DNA of 64,000 bases, from positions 960,001 through 1,024,000 of the forward strand of contig CBDBLO010000002.1 in the NCBI GenBank assembly GCA_965207075.1. The letters run 5' to 3'. Below, piece after piece: positions 9,455 to 18,258 of the stretch. The position numbers were made by a program, and so were the translations under genes. How positions within the stretch are numbered: the stretch's first letter is position 1; each line of letters begins with the position of its first letter. The notes beneath the pieces were generated by a model, which had not been told where the DNA came from, ran no database searches, and was given only the letters and a program-made list of their open reading frames with translations. Origin of the DNA: Nitrosopumilus sp. GTDB taxonomy: Archaea > Thermoproteota > Nitrososphaeria > Nitrososphaerales > Nitrosopumilaceae.

Positions 9455-9555
9455 TGGCGCCGGGAGGGAGATTTGAACTCCCGTTCCCTTGCGAGAACGC
9501 GCTTTATGGTGGTTGATTTCCAGGCGCGCGCCCTACCAGGCTAGGCGACCCCGGC
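9455..9555 (-). tRNA. tRNA-Ser(GGA) with 14-nt canonical intron (9504-9517), CCA encoded
   Basis: Reverse complement GCCGGGGTCGCCTAGCCTGGTAGGGCG-CGCGC-CTGGAA[intron]A-GCGCG, long variable arm, GGGAGTTCAAATCTCCC-TCCCGGC-GCCA. Confidence 0.95.
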
Positions 9556-9641
9556 ACTACGTCACCTCGGGTCTTGTCTGATTATATGTCTACGGACGGT
9601 GCAGTCTGAGCCCGTGCCGCATGCGCAAGGCCGTCTGACTG

Positions 9642-10283
9642 TCACCGGATGGTAATGGTGGCGTGATCCTTTACGGGCGCTACGTCTGCCGGCTGCCGCA
9701 CGTCGTCCCCTGTGGCCACCTCGCCCAGCATGTGATCCGCGTCTTGCTCCGCATCGTGCCCCGGGGCGCCAGGGGGGGCCGAGTCAATCCGGCCTGCGTC
9801 TGACGCGTACGCGTACGCGTTCACCTTGTAGAGGCCGGGCTGGGCCGTCTCCCCATCCTGCCTTGTCTGGTCCCACGACATGACTATCTTTTGGCCCGGC
9901 ATCAGCGTTCCTGCAATGCCTCGGAAGGGTGCGCCCTCTGAACTTGGGATCGCGCCGGCCGCGTCCGCAGGAATTGGGCCGGGCGCGGCGTCCTGCGCCG
10001 TAAGCGCGTATATTGTAATTCCGGACAGGCCCGTGATGGTCGCGCCATACGCGCCGTCTTCTGAGTGCAGCGGGACGGTTCCGGTATTCACTATGCTGAA
10101 CGTCACCGTCTCGCCCGGCTCGAATATCGATTTTGCGGGGGCTATTGATATGGAGGGGCCTTCTACCGCGGATGGCATCGGGCCGAGATGCCCGTTCCTC
10201 ACGTCAAGCAGGTATGCCCCAAACACGAGCCCAGATACGACGCCTATTGCGACAAACCCGAGCAGGCTCTTTGTCGTCGCCAT
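9642..10283 (-). CDS. Membrane-anchored hypothetical protein, Ig-like extracellular domain
   Basis: N-terminal TM helix; GETVTFSIVNTG..WDQ..G..PGLYKV pattern. Confidence 0.7.
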   Translation of the reverse strand: MATTKSLLGFVAIGVVSGLVFGAYLLDVRNGHLGPMPSAVEGPSISIAPAKSIFEPGETVTFSIVNTGTVPLHSEDGAYGATITGLSGITIYALTAQDAAPGPIPADAAGAIPSSEGAPFRGIAGTLMPGQKIVMSWDQTRQDGETAQPGLYKVNAYAYASDAGRIDSAPPGAPGHDAEQDADHMLGEVATGDDVRQPADVAPVKDHATITIR

Positions 10284-10314
10284 GCGTCAGCCTCCCTTCC
10301 TCCATTGCATCCTA

Positions 10315-11400
10315 TCACCCCGCATGCTGTCGCGCGGCGTCTCCTGTCGCGGCGTCTCCGTCACCATCCCGCTTGGGCCTTGTCCTCCATCTCTTCGGAT
10401 ACGTGCCCGGCGCCATGATTATCCTCCTGGTCTCAAACGCATGGCCCTTTGCGGCCTCTGAAATCTCGTCGGCCGACATGCCGGCCTCGGCCAAGGCCAC
10501 TGCCTCGCCCTTCTGCGTATAGATGGCGGCAATCTCGCCCTTTCTGAGGCTCGGGTGCACCTTTAGTATGCCCGGTATGGCAAGCTGGGCCCCGTGGCAC
10601 ATCGCATCCACCGCCGCGTCTCCTATGACCACCGACTTTATCTCACTGAGGGCGTCCTCGACGGGCCTGATCATGGAGTGCAGCATGGCGCCGTCGCCCT
10701 CCTCTGTCCATCTGGCATACGCGTCTGCAAGCTCGTGCATCGTGACAAGGCCGTCCGCCTCGTGGAACTGGTTGACCCTCGTGCGCCGCAGCTCGATCAT
10801 CGTGGCGCCCGGGCCGAGTATCTCGCCCATGTCATAGTACAGCTTTCTGATGTAGGTGCCCGCCTCGCACAGTATGCGGGTCAAGAGCAGCCGCTCCCTC
10901 TGCTCTAGCAGCTCAAACTCGTATATTGTGCGGGTCCTTGTCTGGCGGAGCACGGCCGAGCGCTGCGGGGGCTTTTGGTATATCTGGCCCCGCAGCATTC
11001 CCATGACCCTGTCTATCTCCTCGCTCTTTGCAAGCGAGTGTATGCGGCCCAGCGCGTGGTACTCTTTTGGGCCCAGCAGCAGCACCCCGAGGGCCTTTGT
11101 GGCCTCGCCCAGCCCCAGGGGCAGCACCCCGGATACTTGGGGGTCGAGCGTCCCGCTGTGGCCTATCTTTGGTATGTTCAGTATGCGCTTTGCCCACGCC
11201 ACTGCCTCGTGGCTCGTGGGACCTGGCGGCTTGTCAAGTATTATCAGGCCGTACCTGAGGAGCTGCTCTATGCTCCTCTCGCCATAGTACGTGCCGTGCG
11301 CGTCGTCGGTGGGATCCTTGCTTATCTCCACAAGTCCGTCAAGCTGCTTTGGCAGCCGGTGCCGTCCGTTGCTGTCTTGCGGATCTGGCTTTTGCGACAT
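10315..11400 (-). CDS. cbf5: H/ACA RNA-guided pseudouridine synthase Cbf5
   Basis: LDKPPGPTSHE, GHSGTLDP, YQKPP, CEAGTYIRKL, C-terminal PUA domain. Confidence 0.96.
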   Translation of the reverse strand: MSQKPDPQDSNGRHRLPKQLDGLVEISKDPTDDAHGTYYGERSIEQLLRYGLIILDKPPGPTSHEAVAWAKRILNIPKIGHSGTLDPQVSGVLPLGLGEATKALGVLLLGPKEYHALGRIHSLAKSEEIDRVMGMLRGQIYQKPPQRSAVLRQTRTRTIYEFELLEQRERLLLTRILCEAGTYIRKLYYDMGEILGPGATMIELRRTRVNQFHEADGLVTMHELADAYARWTEEGDGAMLHSMIRPVEDALSEIKSVVIGDAAVDAMCHGAQLAIPGILKVHPSLRKGEIAAIYTQKGEAVALAEAGMSADEISEAAKGHAFETRRIIMAPGTYPKRWRTRPKRDGDGDAATGDAARQHAG

Positions 11401-11527
11401 CGTGACTGGCCCACCCCCTCTTTTTTATAACTGCAGTACGGGGGACGCGCCTGCGGCCCCCGTCGCCGTACGCACTGCATATGCCGCGCGGCCCGCCATC
11501 GCAACCGCTGCCGTCCCCTGTTCCATG

Positions 11528-12136
11528 CTATGACGTCACTCCGTCCCGGATTGCATTCCTTGCGGCCTCTACCACCTGCTCTGCTGAAAGGCCGTCAGTC
11601 TTTATTATGTGGTCGAACACCGAGGCGTCGCCCCCAAAGTCAAATCCGTATATCTCCATGTACAGGCGGCGGTTCTTGTCGTACCTCTCGCGGGTGATCT
11701 CGTAGGCCTGCTGCGCTGAGACCGAGTCCCTGTTCTGCATGCGTTCGGTGCTGCTGGTGTGCGAGCCGTCAAGCCATACCTTTATCCCCGTGCCCGGGGC
11801 CACGAGCCAGGGCAGGGTGTAGCTGGTCACCACGATGCCGCCCCGTTCAAACATCCCCCTTAGCCGCTCGTCAAGCCTGCGATCAAAGTCGTGGTTCTGT
11901 TCGCGCTCGCGCAGGAACTTCATTCCGTCCTCCGTGTCCCACCAGTCGTCGCCTGCCGTGTCATAACCGAGATCGGAGGCCATCTCCTTGAGGACGTCGC
12001 CGCCGCTGACGTATGACATGGACATCTCCGCGGCCAGGGCCTTTGCAAGCGTGGTCTTTCCGACTGCGGGCGGGCCCGACACCACTATGGACGGCCCCGT
12101 GCCTCCTGCCTTTGCGCCGTTGTCTGTTCCAGTCAA
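11528..12136 (-). CDS. cmk: Cytidylate kinase (archaeal)
   Basis: SGPPAVGKTT P-loop; position between DUF106 and cbf5. Confidence 0.9.
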   Translation of the reverse strand: MTGTDNGAKAGGTGPSIVVSGPPAVGKTTLAKALAAEMSMSYVSGGDVLKEMASDLGYDTAGDDWWDTEDGMKFLREREQNHDFDRRLDERLRGMFERGGIVVTSYTLPWLVAPGTGIKVWLDGSHTSSTERMQNRDSVSAQQAYEITRERYDKNRRLYMEIYGFDFGGDASVFDHIIKTDGLSAEQVVEAARNAIRDGVTS

Positions 12137-12867
12137 CTGAGATCCATTGATGTCCTTGTCATCTTCATTATGATTCCGCTAAACGCAATGGAGGACAAAA
12201 AGTACCACGCCCACAGGAATATGGCGTTCTCCTCGGTGCATACATGCTCGGGGTCCGCTGCCTGCTCTGCCGTACACGTGAGCTGGAACATCTCCCCCGG
12301 TATGACGTTGAGCGGGATGGGCGACACGGCGACCGTATATGAGAAGAGCCATGGCAGCACGAAGTAGAATATCAGTATGAGCGGCACGAACGTGATCAGC
12401 ATGGGCCTCATGTTCATCTGCATCAGCTCCATTGACATCTTGTTCATGTATGCGGACTTTTTGTTGAGCTCGCTGAGCCTTGCGTCGTCCTTTGTGCGCG
12501 CCGCCCTCAGCTTTTCCTTCTGCCAGGCGCGCGTCTCCTTCATCATCCTCTTGAGCTTTATCTGGTCCACCATCTTCTTGCGTATTCCGGCGTTGAATAT
12601 GTTGAGCAGTATTCCGAATCCGGCCACTGCAAACATCGACAGTATCCACCCCTTTACGACCGGGTCGTCGCTTCCGAGCGCCCCCCTCTCGGCCCCGAGA
12701 AAGTCAAACTGCAGCGCGGCCGCGTCAAGCATGCCGCCGGGCAGCAGCGTGTGCGCGCTTTGCACCAGTGTTGCCATCCACACCACCGCCGCGGAGTACG
12801 CGTGACCCTGCACCGGAGCGGACTCTACTGCCGATGCCGCTGCCGCCGCCACAACCTCGATCACCAT
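12133..12867 (-). CDS. EMC3/TMCO1 (DUF106, Oxa1-superfamily) membrane insertase
   Basis: TM-coiled coil-TM, MRPMLITFVP, WYFLSS; downstream of secY-adk. Confidence 0.88.
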   Translation of the reverse strand: MVIEVVAAAAASAVESAPVQGHAYSAAVVWMATLVQSAHTLLPGGMLDAAALQFDFLGAERGALGSDDPVVKGWILSMFAVAGFGILLNIFNAGIRKKMVDQIKLKRMMKETRAWQKEKLRAARTKDDARLSELNKKSAYMNKMSMELMQMNMRPMLITFVPLILIFYFVLPWLFSYTVAVSPIPLNVIPGEMFQLTCTAEQAADPEHVCTEENAIFLWAWYFLSSIAFSGIIMKMTRTSMDLS

Positions 12868-12872
12868 GCCCC

Positions 12873-13451
12873 TCACAGCTCCATGGATCTTATTATCTTG
12901 TCTGCCGCCTCGTCGATCCTGCCCTCGCCGTTTAGGATCTGCTTTATGGGCGAGCCCGTTATGACAGAGCACGCCGACATCATGCCGGACTGGACCGCGA
13001 GCTCCTTTTTGATGTCGAGTATGTTTACCTTGTCCCTCTTTCTCGTCATGTCGCTGACCCTCCTGCTGAATATCTCCTCAGGCCTTGCCGTAACCGAGAC
13101 AAAGTTGGTGGGCTTTATTATCTCAAGCACGTGGGCCGGCAGTCCCGGATAGTACCCTTCCGGCGACCTGACAAAGGCGTGCGTGTCTATTATCACGATC
13201 TGCTCGCTGCGCCCGGCTATCCTGGACGCCGCCGCCTTTTGGAGCTCCTTTTGCTCTGAGATGGGGAGGCTTCGCAGCTGGTCCCTGTCCTCGACGCCGT
13301 TCTCCTTGGCGATGTCGAACATCGTGGTGCCAAAGCTGATTACGGTGACGCTCCTGTGCTTGGAGCCGAGTATCTCCAGCATCTTTGCCAGGAGCGAGGT
13401 CTTTCCCACGCCGGGTATCCCTACCACGACGATCCTCTTATTTTCTGCCAA
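12873..13451 (-). CDS. adkA: Adenylate kinase (archaeal)
   Basis: GIPGVGKTS, RDQLR, IDTH, GYYPGLP. Confidence 0.95.
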   Translation of the reverse strand: MAENKRIVVVGIPGVGKTSLLAKMLEILGSKHRSVTVISFGTTMFDIAKENGVEDRDQLRSLPISEQKELQKAAASRIAGRSEQIVIIDTHAFVRSPEGYYPGLPAHVLEIIKPTNFVSVTARPEEIFSRRVSDMTRKRDKVNILDIKKELAVQSGMMSACSVITGSPIKQILNGEGRIDEAADKIIRSMEL

Positions 13452-14874
13452 GTAGAGCCCCCAGACGCGGCATGACGACCTCGACCTGCTCCCTTACGAG
13501 CTGCGTATAGTAGTTTATCAGGATGTCGACCATCAGCAGTATTCCGATGCCTGATCCGAACACGCCCAGGACGTCCGAGACGCCTGCGAGGAGCCCCAGT
13601 ATGATGGAGCCTATTATGGTAACCGAGGGGATGTACTTGTTGAGGAGGGCCTCGACTGGCTTGTTTGAGCGGCGGAATCCGGGAATCTGGACGTCGGCGT
13701 CAAGCAGGTTCTGCGCCGCGCTCTTCGGCGAGAGCCCGCCCAGCTCCACCCAGAGCTTGCCGAACACCACCACTATGCCTATCATGAACAGCACGTATCC
13801 GACCGCCCTCGTGGGGTCGAGCGCCGCAATCTCAAGCCCCCTTGGCGGCGTGACGTAGTATATGAGGCCGCCTATCGGCGTGGACGGGTTGGTGGGATCG
13901 TACTGCGCCACTAGGTTCATGAATATGTTGTTGTTCCTCGGGTTGAAGTTTGCCCACAGCATCTGGAACACGAACACGGCGTTTGCCGTGAGCGCGGAGG
14001 CCAGTATGACGGGTATGTTTGAGACGTACATCATCTTTATCGGGTATACTGCAGAGAACCCCCTGTATTTGGTGGAGACGATTGGGATCTCGATCTTCAT
14101 GCCCTGCGTGAATACGAGTATCAGCAGCACGCCGGCCGTCAGGCAGAGCCCGAATATGCTGGGCAGCTGCTGCGGCCTGAACAGTATGTTCGAGATGTCG
14201 CCGGCCACAAACGACTGGGCCATGTACGGGATTATCCCTATGGTGCCTCCGTCGCCTGCCGGCAGGGGGCTGAACATGCTCCAGAGTATCTGCTGCGCCA
14301 CCCCGGCCATTATGAACAGGCTGATGCCGCTTCCTATCCCCCACCCCTTCTGTATCAGCTCGTCGAGAAACATGATTATTATCGAGGCCGCCATGAGCTG
14401 CCCTATCATCACGTACATGACAGACGGGTCGGTCAGCGTGGGCCCGTAGACGGCTACCGCGTATACTATGGATTCGGCCACTATGATTATGTACGTTACA
14501 AGCTTCGTGGCCGTCTGGAACACGCCGCGCTCCTCCGGCTTCTTGAAGTCGAACTTTAGTATCTCCGAGCCGCGGAGCAGCTGCATGAGCAGCCCGGCCG
14601 TCACTATGGGCCCTATGCCGAGCTCGACAAGCGTGCCCTGCTGGGACGCGAATATGACCCTGGCAAACGCCAGAAAGTCGAACTCCGGCGTGGTGGCCCC
14701 GAACAGGGGGGTCTGCCCCATTACCATGTATATGAGCAGGGCTACGCCGCACCACAGGAGCCTGGTCTGCAGCGTGAGCTTCTTCTTGGGCTTTGGCACC
14801 TGCGGGATGTAGGGCTCTGCCCTGAATACGACGCGCCGCAGTATGGCAGTAAGGCTGCCGCTGCTCTCAGCCAT
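13438..14874 (-). CDS. secY: Preprotein translocase SecY/Sec61 alpha
   Basis: ELGIGPIVTA, KGWGIGSGISLFI, YVSNIPVIL, QIPGFRR. Confidence 0.98.
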   Translation of the reverse strand: MAESSGSLTAILRRVVFRAEPYIPQVPKPKKKLTLQTRLLWCGVALLIYMVMGQTPLFGATTPEFDFLAFARVIFASQQGTLVELGIGPIVTAGLLMQLLRGSEILKFDFKKPEERGVFQTATKLVTYIIIVAESIVYAVAVYGPTLTDPSVMYVMIGQLMAASIIIMFLDELIQKGWGIGSGISLFIMAGVAQQILWSMFSPLPAGDGGTIGIIPYMAQSFVAGDISNILFRPQQLPSIFGLCLTAGVLLILVFTQGMKIEIPIVSTKYRGFSAVYPIKMMYVSNIPVILASALTANAVFVFQMLWANFNPRNNNIFMNLVAQYDPTNPSTPIGGLIYYVTPPRGLEIAALDPTRAVGYVLFMIGIVVVFGKLWVELGGLSPKSAAQNLLDADVQIPGFRRSNKPVEALLNKYIPSVTIIGSIILGLLAGVSDVLGVFGSGIGILLMVDILINYYTQLVREQVEVVMPRLGALLGRK

Positions 14875-15298
14875 CTGCGGGCAAAACCTCCCCGCCTGCT
14901 GCCCTTATCTTTTCTTCTGCCGAGGCCGTGAGTCTTGGGATCCTGACTGCGTACGCCGTGCTGGTCTTTCCGCCGCCGAGCAGCTTCTGATACCCTGCCG
15001 CCCCCAGGTCAAGCACGTTCTGTCCGGTCTTGTCGTCGCGGCTTCCGTGCCTGGCAAAGAGATCGTCTAGGTCGCGGACGGCCGCCCATTTCCTGGTGGT
15101 GTTCGGGTGGGGTGGCTTGGTGGCGCTGTGCCCGTAGTGGTCCGGCTCGTACTTGAGCATGCTGCTGTAGTGGTGCTTTAGCATGCCGGTCACGCCCAGT
15201 CCGCCCTGGTGCCCGCTTGCGCGGTGCTGGCCGACCTGGCCCCATCCCATGTGCCTGCCGCCTCTGAGCCTCCTGGTCTTTCTAAGCCTTGTCGCCAT
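14867..15298 (-). CDS. rpl15: 50S ribosomal protein uL15
   Basis: MATRLRKTRRLRGGRHMGWG..KLLGGG..AEEKIRAAGGEV. Confidence 0.95.
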   Translation of the reverse strand: MATRLRKTRRLRGGRHMGWGQVGQHRASGHQGGLGVTGMLKHHYSSMLKYEPDHYGHSATKPPHPNTTRKWAAVRDLDDLFARHGSRDDKTGQNVLDLGAAGYQKLLGGGKTSTAYAVRIPRLTASAEEKIRAAGGEVLPADG

Positions 15299-15861
15299 CA
15301 CTCCGCCACCGCCATCATCCTGCGCACTATCTCGCCGAGCTCGTCGTTGCCGCCAAGCACTCCCTTTTGGCCCGCCAGCCTCTTGGTGCTGCGGCGGAAC
15401 CCGTGTTTGGGGGGCGCCAGTGCAAACCACGGCTTGAGGGGCTTTAGCTTTGAGAGCGCGGAACTCCCGCTTGAGAGGGACTCGGCCATCTGTTTCGTAT
15501 CGTCAAACCCGAGGCCCTTGACGTCCTCCTGCGTGATCCTGCGGTATCCGGACTTTCTTGCCTTCTTCTCTATGATCTCCTGGGCCAGCTCGGCATCGAG
15601 CCTGGTCCATGCAACATAGTGCTTTATCTTGCTGAGCATGCCAAGCGTGTTCTCCTTTGCCGGAAGTATGGTGGCCCTGTATTTGCGCTCTAGCTTTAGG
15701 AGAGACATCGTGTGCACGGCCCAGTACGGGACGTCTGCCTGGCCCTTTATCCTTACCACCAGGTACGCGCCGTTGCCGCCACTGTTGTTGTTCCTGTTAT
15801 TGCCGTTATTATTGTCGCCACCCTGTTCTTCTGTCGCCGCCGCCGCCGTGCCTTCACTCAC
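15298..15861 (-). CDS. rpl30: 50S ribosomal protein uL30
   Basis: YLVVRIKG..GMLSKIKHYVAW..FALAPPKHGF; low-complexity N-terminal extension. Confidence 0.93.
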   Translation of the reverse strand: MSEGTAAAATEEQGGDNNNGNNRNNNSGGNGAYLVVRIKGQADVPYWAVHTMSLLKLERKYRATILPAKENTLGMLSKIKHYVAWTRLDAELAQEIIEKKARKSGYRRITQEDVKGLGFDDTKQMAESLSSGSSALSKLKPLKPWFALAPPKHGFRRSTKRLAGQKGVLGGNDELGEIVRRMMAVAE

Positions 15862-15880
15862 TGCATGTCATCCCCCTTGG

Positions 15881-16570
15881 TCAACCCTGGCTGAACGTCT
15901 GCCTGAGGCAGTCCAGTATGGCCTTTGACGTGGAGTTCATAGTCGGGGTGGAGCCCTTTGCGGTGGTCCACGCGTCCTTTAACCCCGCCAGCTCCAAGAG
16001 CCGCTTTATCTTGCCGCCTGCCACGAGCCCGAGCCCGCGGGGGGCCGGAATTATCTCCACTGTCACGCTTCCGCCCTTGCCCATTACGCGGAACGGCACG
16101 GAATGCTTCTGGTCGCACCTGCACTCCCAGCTGCCACATCCCATCTTTATCGGGTTGATGTTGAGATATGCCTGACTTGTGGCCTTTTCTATTGCTATCC
16201 TCATCTGCTTTGACTTGCCCTGCCCGATCCCGAGGTATCCGTCCTCGTTTCCTGCGGCCACTATGGCCTTGAATCTGGTGGACTGGCCGTTTGATGTCAT
16301 CTTTTGTATTATGCCCACGTCCACCACTTCTGTCTTCAAGTCCGGCAGCAGTTTTTTGACTATTCCCTCCTCCTGTATGCGCAGTCCCTGCTCTATGATG
16401 GACTCGAGCGTCGTAATCTCACCGGACGCCACCTTTTTGCCCAGGACTGTCTTTGGAATCCATACCTCCTCTTCGGCCTCCCTTCTGGGGCGTCTGGGGC
16501 GATCGCCTCCGGGACCCCTGCCATACCTTGGGGGCGGGCCTCTGGATTGCTGCTGCTGCTGCTGACTCAT
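15881..16570 (-). CDS. rps5: 30S ribosomal protein uS5
   Basis: WIPKTVLGK, GCGSWECRC, PAPRGLGLVAG. Confidence 0.97.
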   Translation of the reverse strand: MSQQQQQQSRGPPPRYGRGPGGDRPRRPRREAEEEVWIPKTVLGKKVASGEITTLESIIEQGLRIQEEGIVKKLLPDLKTEVVDVGIIQKMTSNGQSTRFKAIVAAGNEDGYLGIGQGKSKQMRIAIEKATSQAYLNINPIKMGCGSWECRCDQKHSVPFRVMGKGGSVTVEIIPAPRGLGLVAGGKIKRLLELAGLKDAWTTAKGSTPTMNSTSKAILDCLRQTFSQG

Positions 16571-16571
16571 C

Positions 16572-17060
16572 TCACCCTGCCGCCTCGTTGTCGTCTATAA
16601 TGGTTCTTATCTTGGCGACCTCGTTTTTTACCGCTAGGTGCTCGCCGTTTATTCTCTCCTCGGACGGGAACGTCTCCTCGTCGGCAGGCACGTCCATGCC
16701 CGCATCTATGACCCCCTTCAGGGCGGCGGCCATTCTCTGGGTGTACCGCCTTGTCCCGGTGTACAGTATGGCGGTGCCGGTCCCCTTTCTGACTGCACGC
16801 TTGCCTGCCGTGTATCCTGTAAGGTACGCTGCCGAAAGGTTCTTTCTTGAGCCCTTCCATCCCTGGCTGAGCAGGTTTCTGGAATGGGCGGAGGCTATGA
16901 CCGTGTCGCCGGCCATCCCGGGCTTCAGTACCTGCACCTGGGTGTTCTCGTTTGTAATGTTTACCGTAACAAAGTTGTGCCTGCCGATCAGCATGGTGGC
17001 CCGCTTCTTGTAGTTGGTCTTTCGCTCGCGCAGCCTGCGCAGTATCTTGGAGTATGCCAA
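16572..17060 (-). CDS. rpl18: 50S ribosomal protein uL18
   Basis: RRLRERKTNYKKR, NLSAAYLTG, ERINGEH; TTG start 17060 (or 17069). Confidence 0.95.
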   Translation of the reverse strand: MAYSKILRRLRERKTNYKKRATMLIGRHNFVTVNITNENTQVQVLKPGMAGDTVIASAHSRNLLSQGWKGSRKNLSAAYLTGYTAGKRAVRKGTGTAILYTGTRRYTQRMAAALKGVIDAGMDVPADEETFPSEERINGEHLAVKNEVAKIRTIIDDNEAAG

Positions 17061-17334
17061 TAGGGACAACCCTTTGATTTGGACTTATATACGTAAAGGA
17101 ATCGGCGGCTTTGTCCAAAAATCCGCCCCAGCCGCGTCAGAGCCAAGGCAGGCAGATCGCGTCGCTGGCGCACGGGGGTGCCCGATACAACGTGGGCAAA
17201 AGGACCTCTAGCTGACTGTCGGCGGCCTTGCCTGCTCTGCCGGCTATGCGTACCAAGACTGGGTTCCGGCAGTTGCCAACAGCTGCCAACAGTTGCCGGC
17301 AGTAGGCGCAAAAGAATCCCGGCGGACGCGTCGA

Positions 17335-18249
17335 TCACTTGCGTATCAGCGCCTCGAGGAGCGCCTTTTGTGCATGAAGCCTGTTTTCCGCCTCGTCCCA
17401 TACTGCCGATTGGGGCCCGTCAATCACGTCTGCCGTGACCTCCTGGCCTCGTTTTGCGGGAAGGCAGTGCATGAAGATCGCATCTTGATCTGCCTTGTCC
17501 ATAAGCTTCCGGTTCACCTGGTATCTTGGCAGAAACGCCTTGGCTCGTCCTGCGCCTTTGTTGTGTATGGAGCTAAACGTGTCTGTCATGACCACGTCCG
17601 CGCCCTTTACTGCAATGCTCGGATCCTCGGTCTGTATCACCTCCGTGTTCTTGCATGCCTCCCTTACGACGCCTTTGTCCGGCGCATGTCTCTTCGGGGT
17701 TGCCACTGCAACCGACGCGCCCGCAAGTGCAACCCCGTAAATCATGGAGTTGCACACGTTGTTTCCGTCGCCTACCCATGCAATCCTCAGGCCGTCAAGC
17801 TTTTTCTTCCTCTCCTTTATGGTCATGAGGTCGGCCAGAATCTGGCACGGGTGGAACATGTCTGACAGTCCATTTATCACGGGTATGCCTGAATGGGCCG
17901 CCAGCCTCTCGATCGTCTCGTGCTCGTACACCCTGGCCATTACACAGTCTGCATATCCAGAAAGCGTCCTTGCGGTATCCTCGACGGTCTCTCCGCGTGA
18001 CAGCTGCATCTCGCTTGCGGCCAGATTGACTGCGTGCCCTCCCAACTGGCGCATCCCTATCTCAAAGCTTACGCGTGTGCGCGTCGACGGCTTTTGGAAC
18101 ACCATGACAAGCGACCTGCACCTGAGCGTTTCATGCCGTCTGCCGTTCTTGAGATCCGACTTTAGCTTTGAGGCGCGCCGTAGCAGCATTGCGAGCTCCT
18201 TTGGAGTCAGCTCCGACAACGTAAGCAGATGCCTTGTCCCAAGCTTCAT
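17335..18249 (-). CDS. argF: Ornithine carbamoyltransferase
   Basis: STRTR, HPCQ, HCLP, EAENR. Confidence 0.97.
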   Translation of the reverse strand: MKLGTRHLLTLSELTPKELAMLLRRASKLKSDLKNGRRHETLRCRSLVMVFQKPSTRTRVSFEIGMRQLGGHAVNLAASEMQLSRGETVEDTARTLSGYADCVMARVYEHETIERLAAHSGIPVINGLSDMFHPCQILADLMTIKERKKKLDGLRIAWVGDGNNVCNSMIYGVALAGASVAVATPKRHAPDKGVVREACKNTEVIQTEDPSIAVKGADVVMTDTFSSIHNKGAGRAKAFLPRYQVNRKLMDKADQDAIFMHCLPAKRGQEVTADVIDGPQSAVWDEAENRLHAQKALLEALIRK

Positions 18250-18258
18250 CTAATCCTG

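Noticed and set aside
9441-9517. TATGGTGG shared by the tRNA-Ser intron and its 3' trailer
   Set aside because: Only 8 nt; chance is plausible, and it is not a tRNA 3'-end duplication marking an att site
10315-11400. Possible cbf5 pre-mRNA intron, as known in some crenarchaea
   Set aside because: The ORF is continuous through GHSGTLDP; no insertion or frameshift
17104-17299. 5S rRNA call for the rpl18-argF spacer
   Set aside because: Lacks the conserved CCGAAC loop C and the Y-shaped fold; kept only as an unknown structured element
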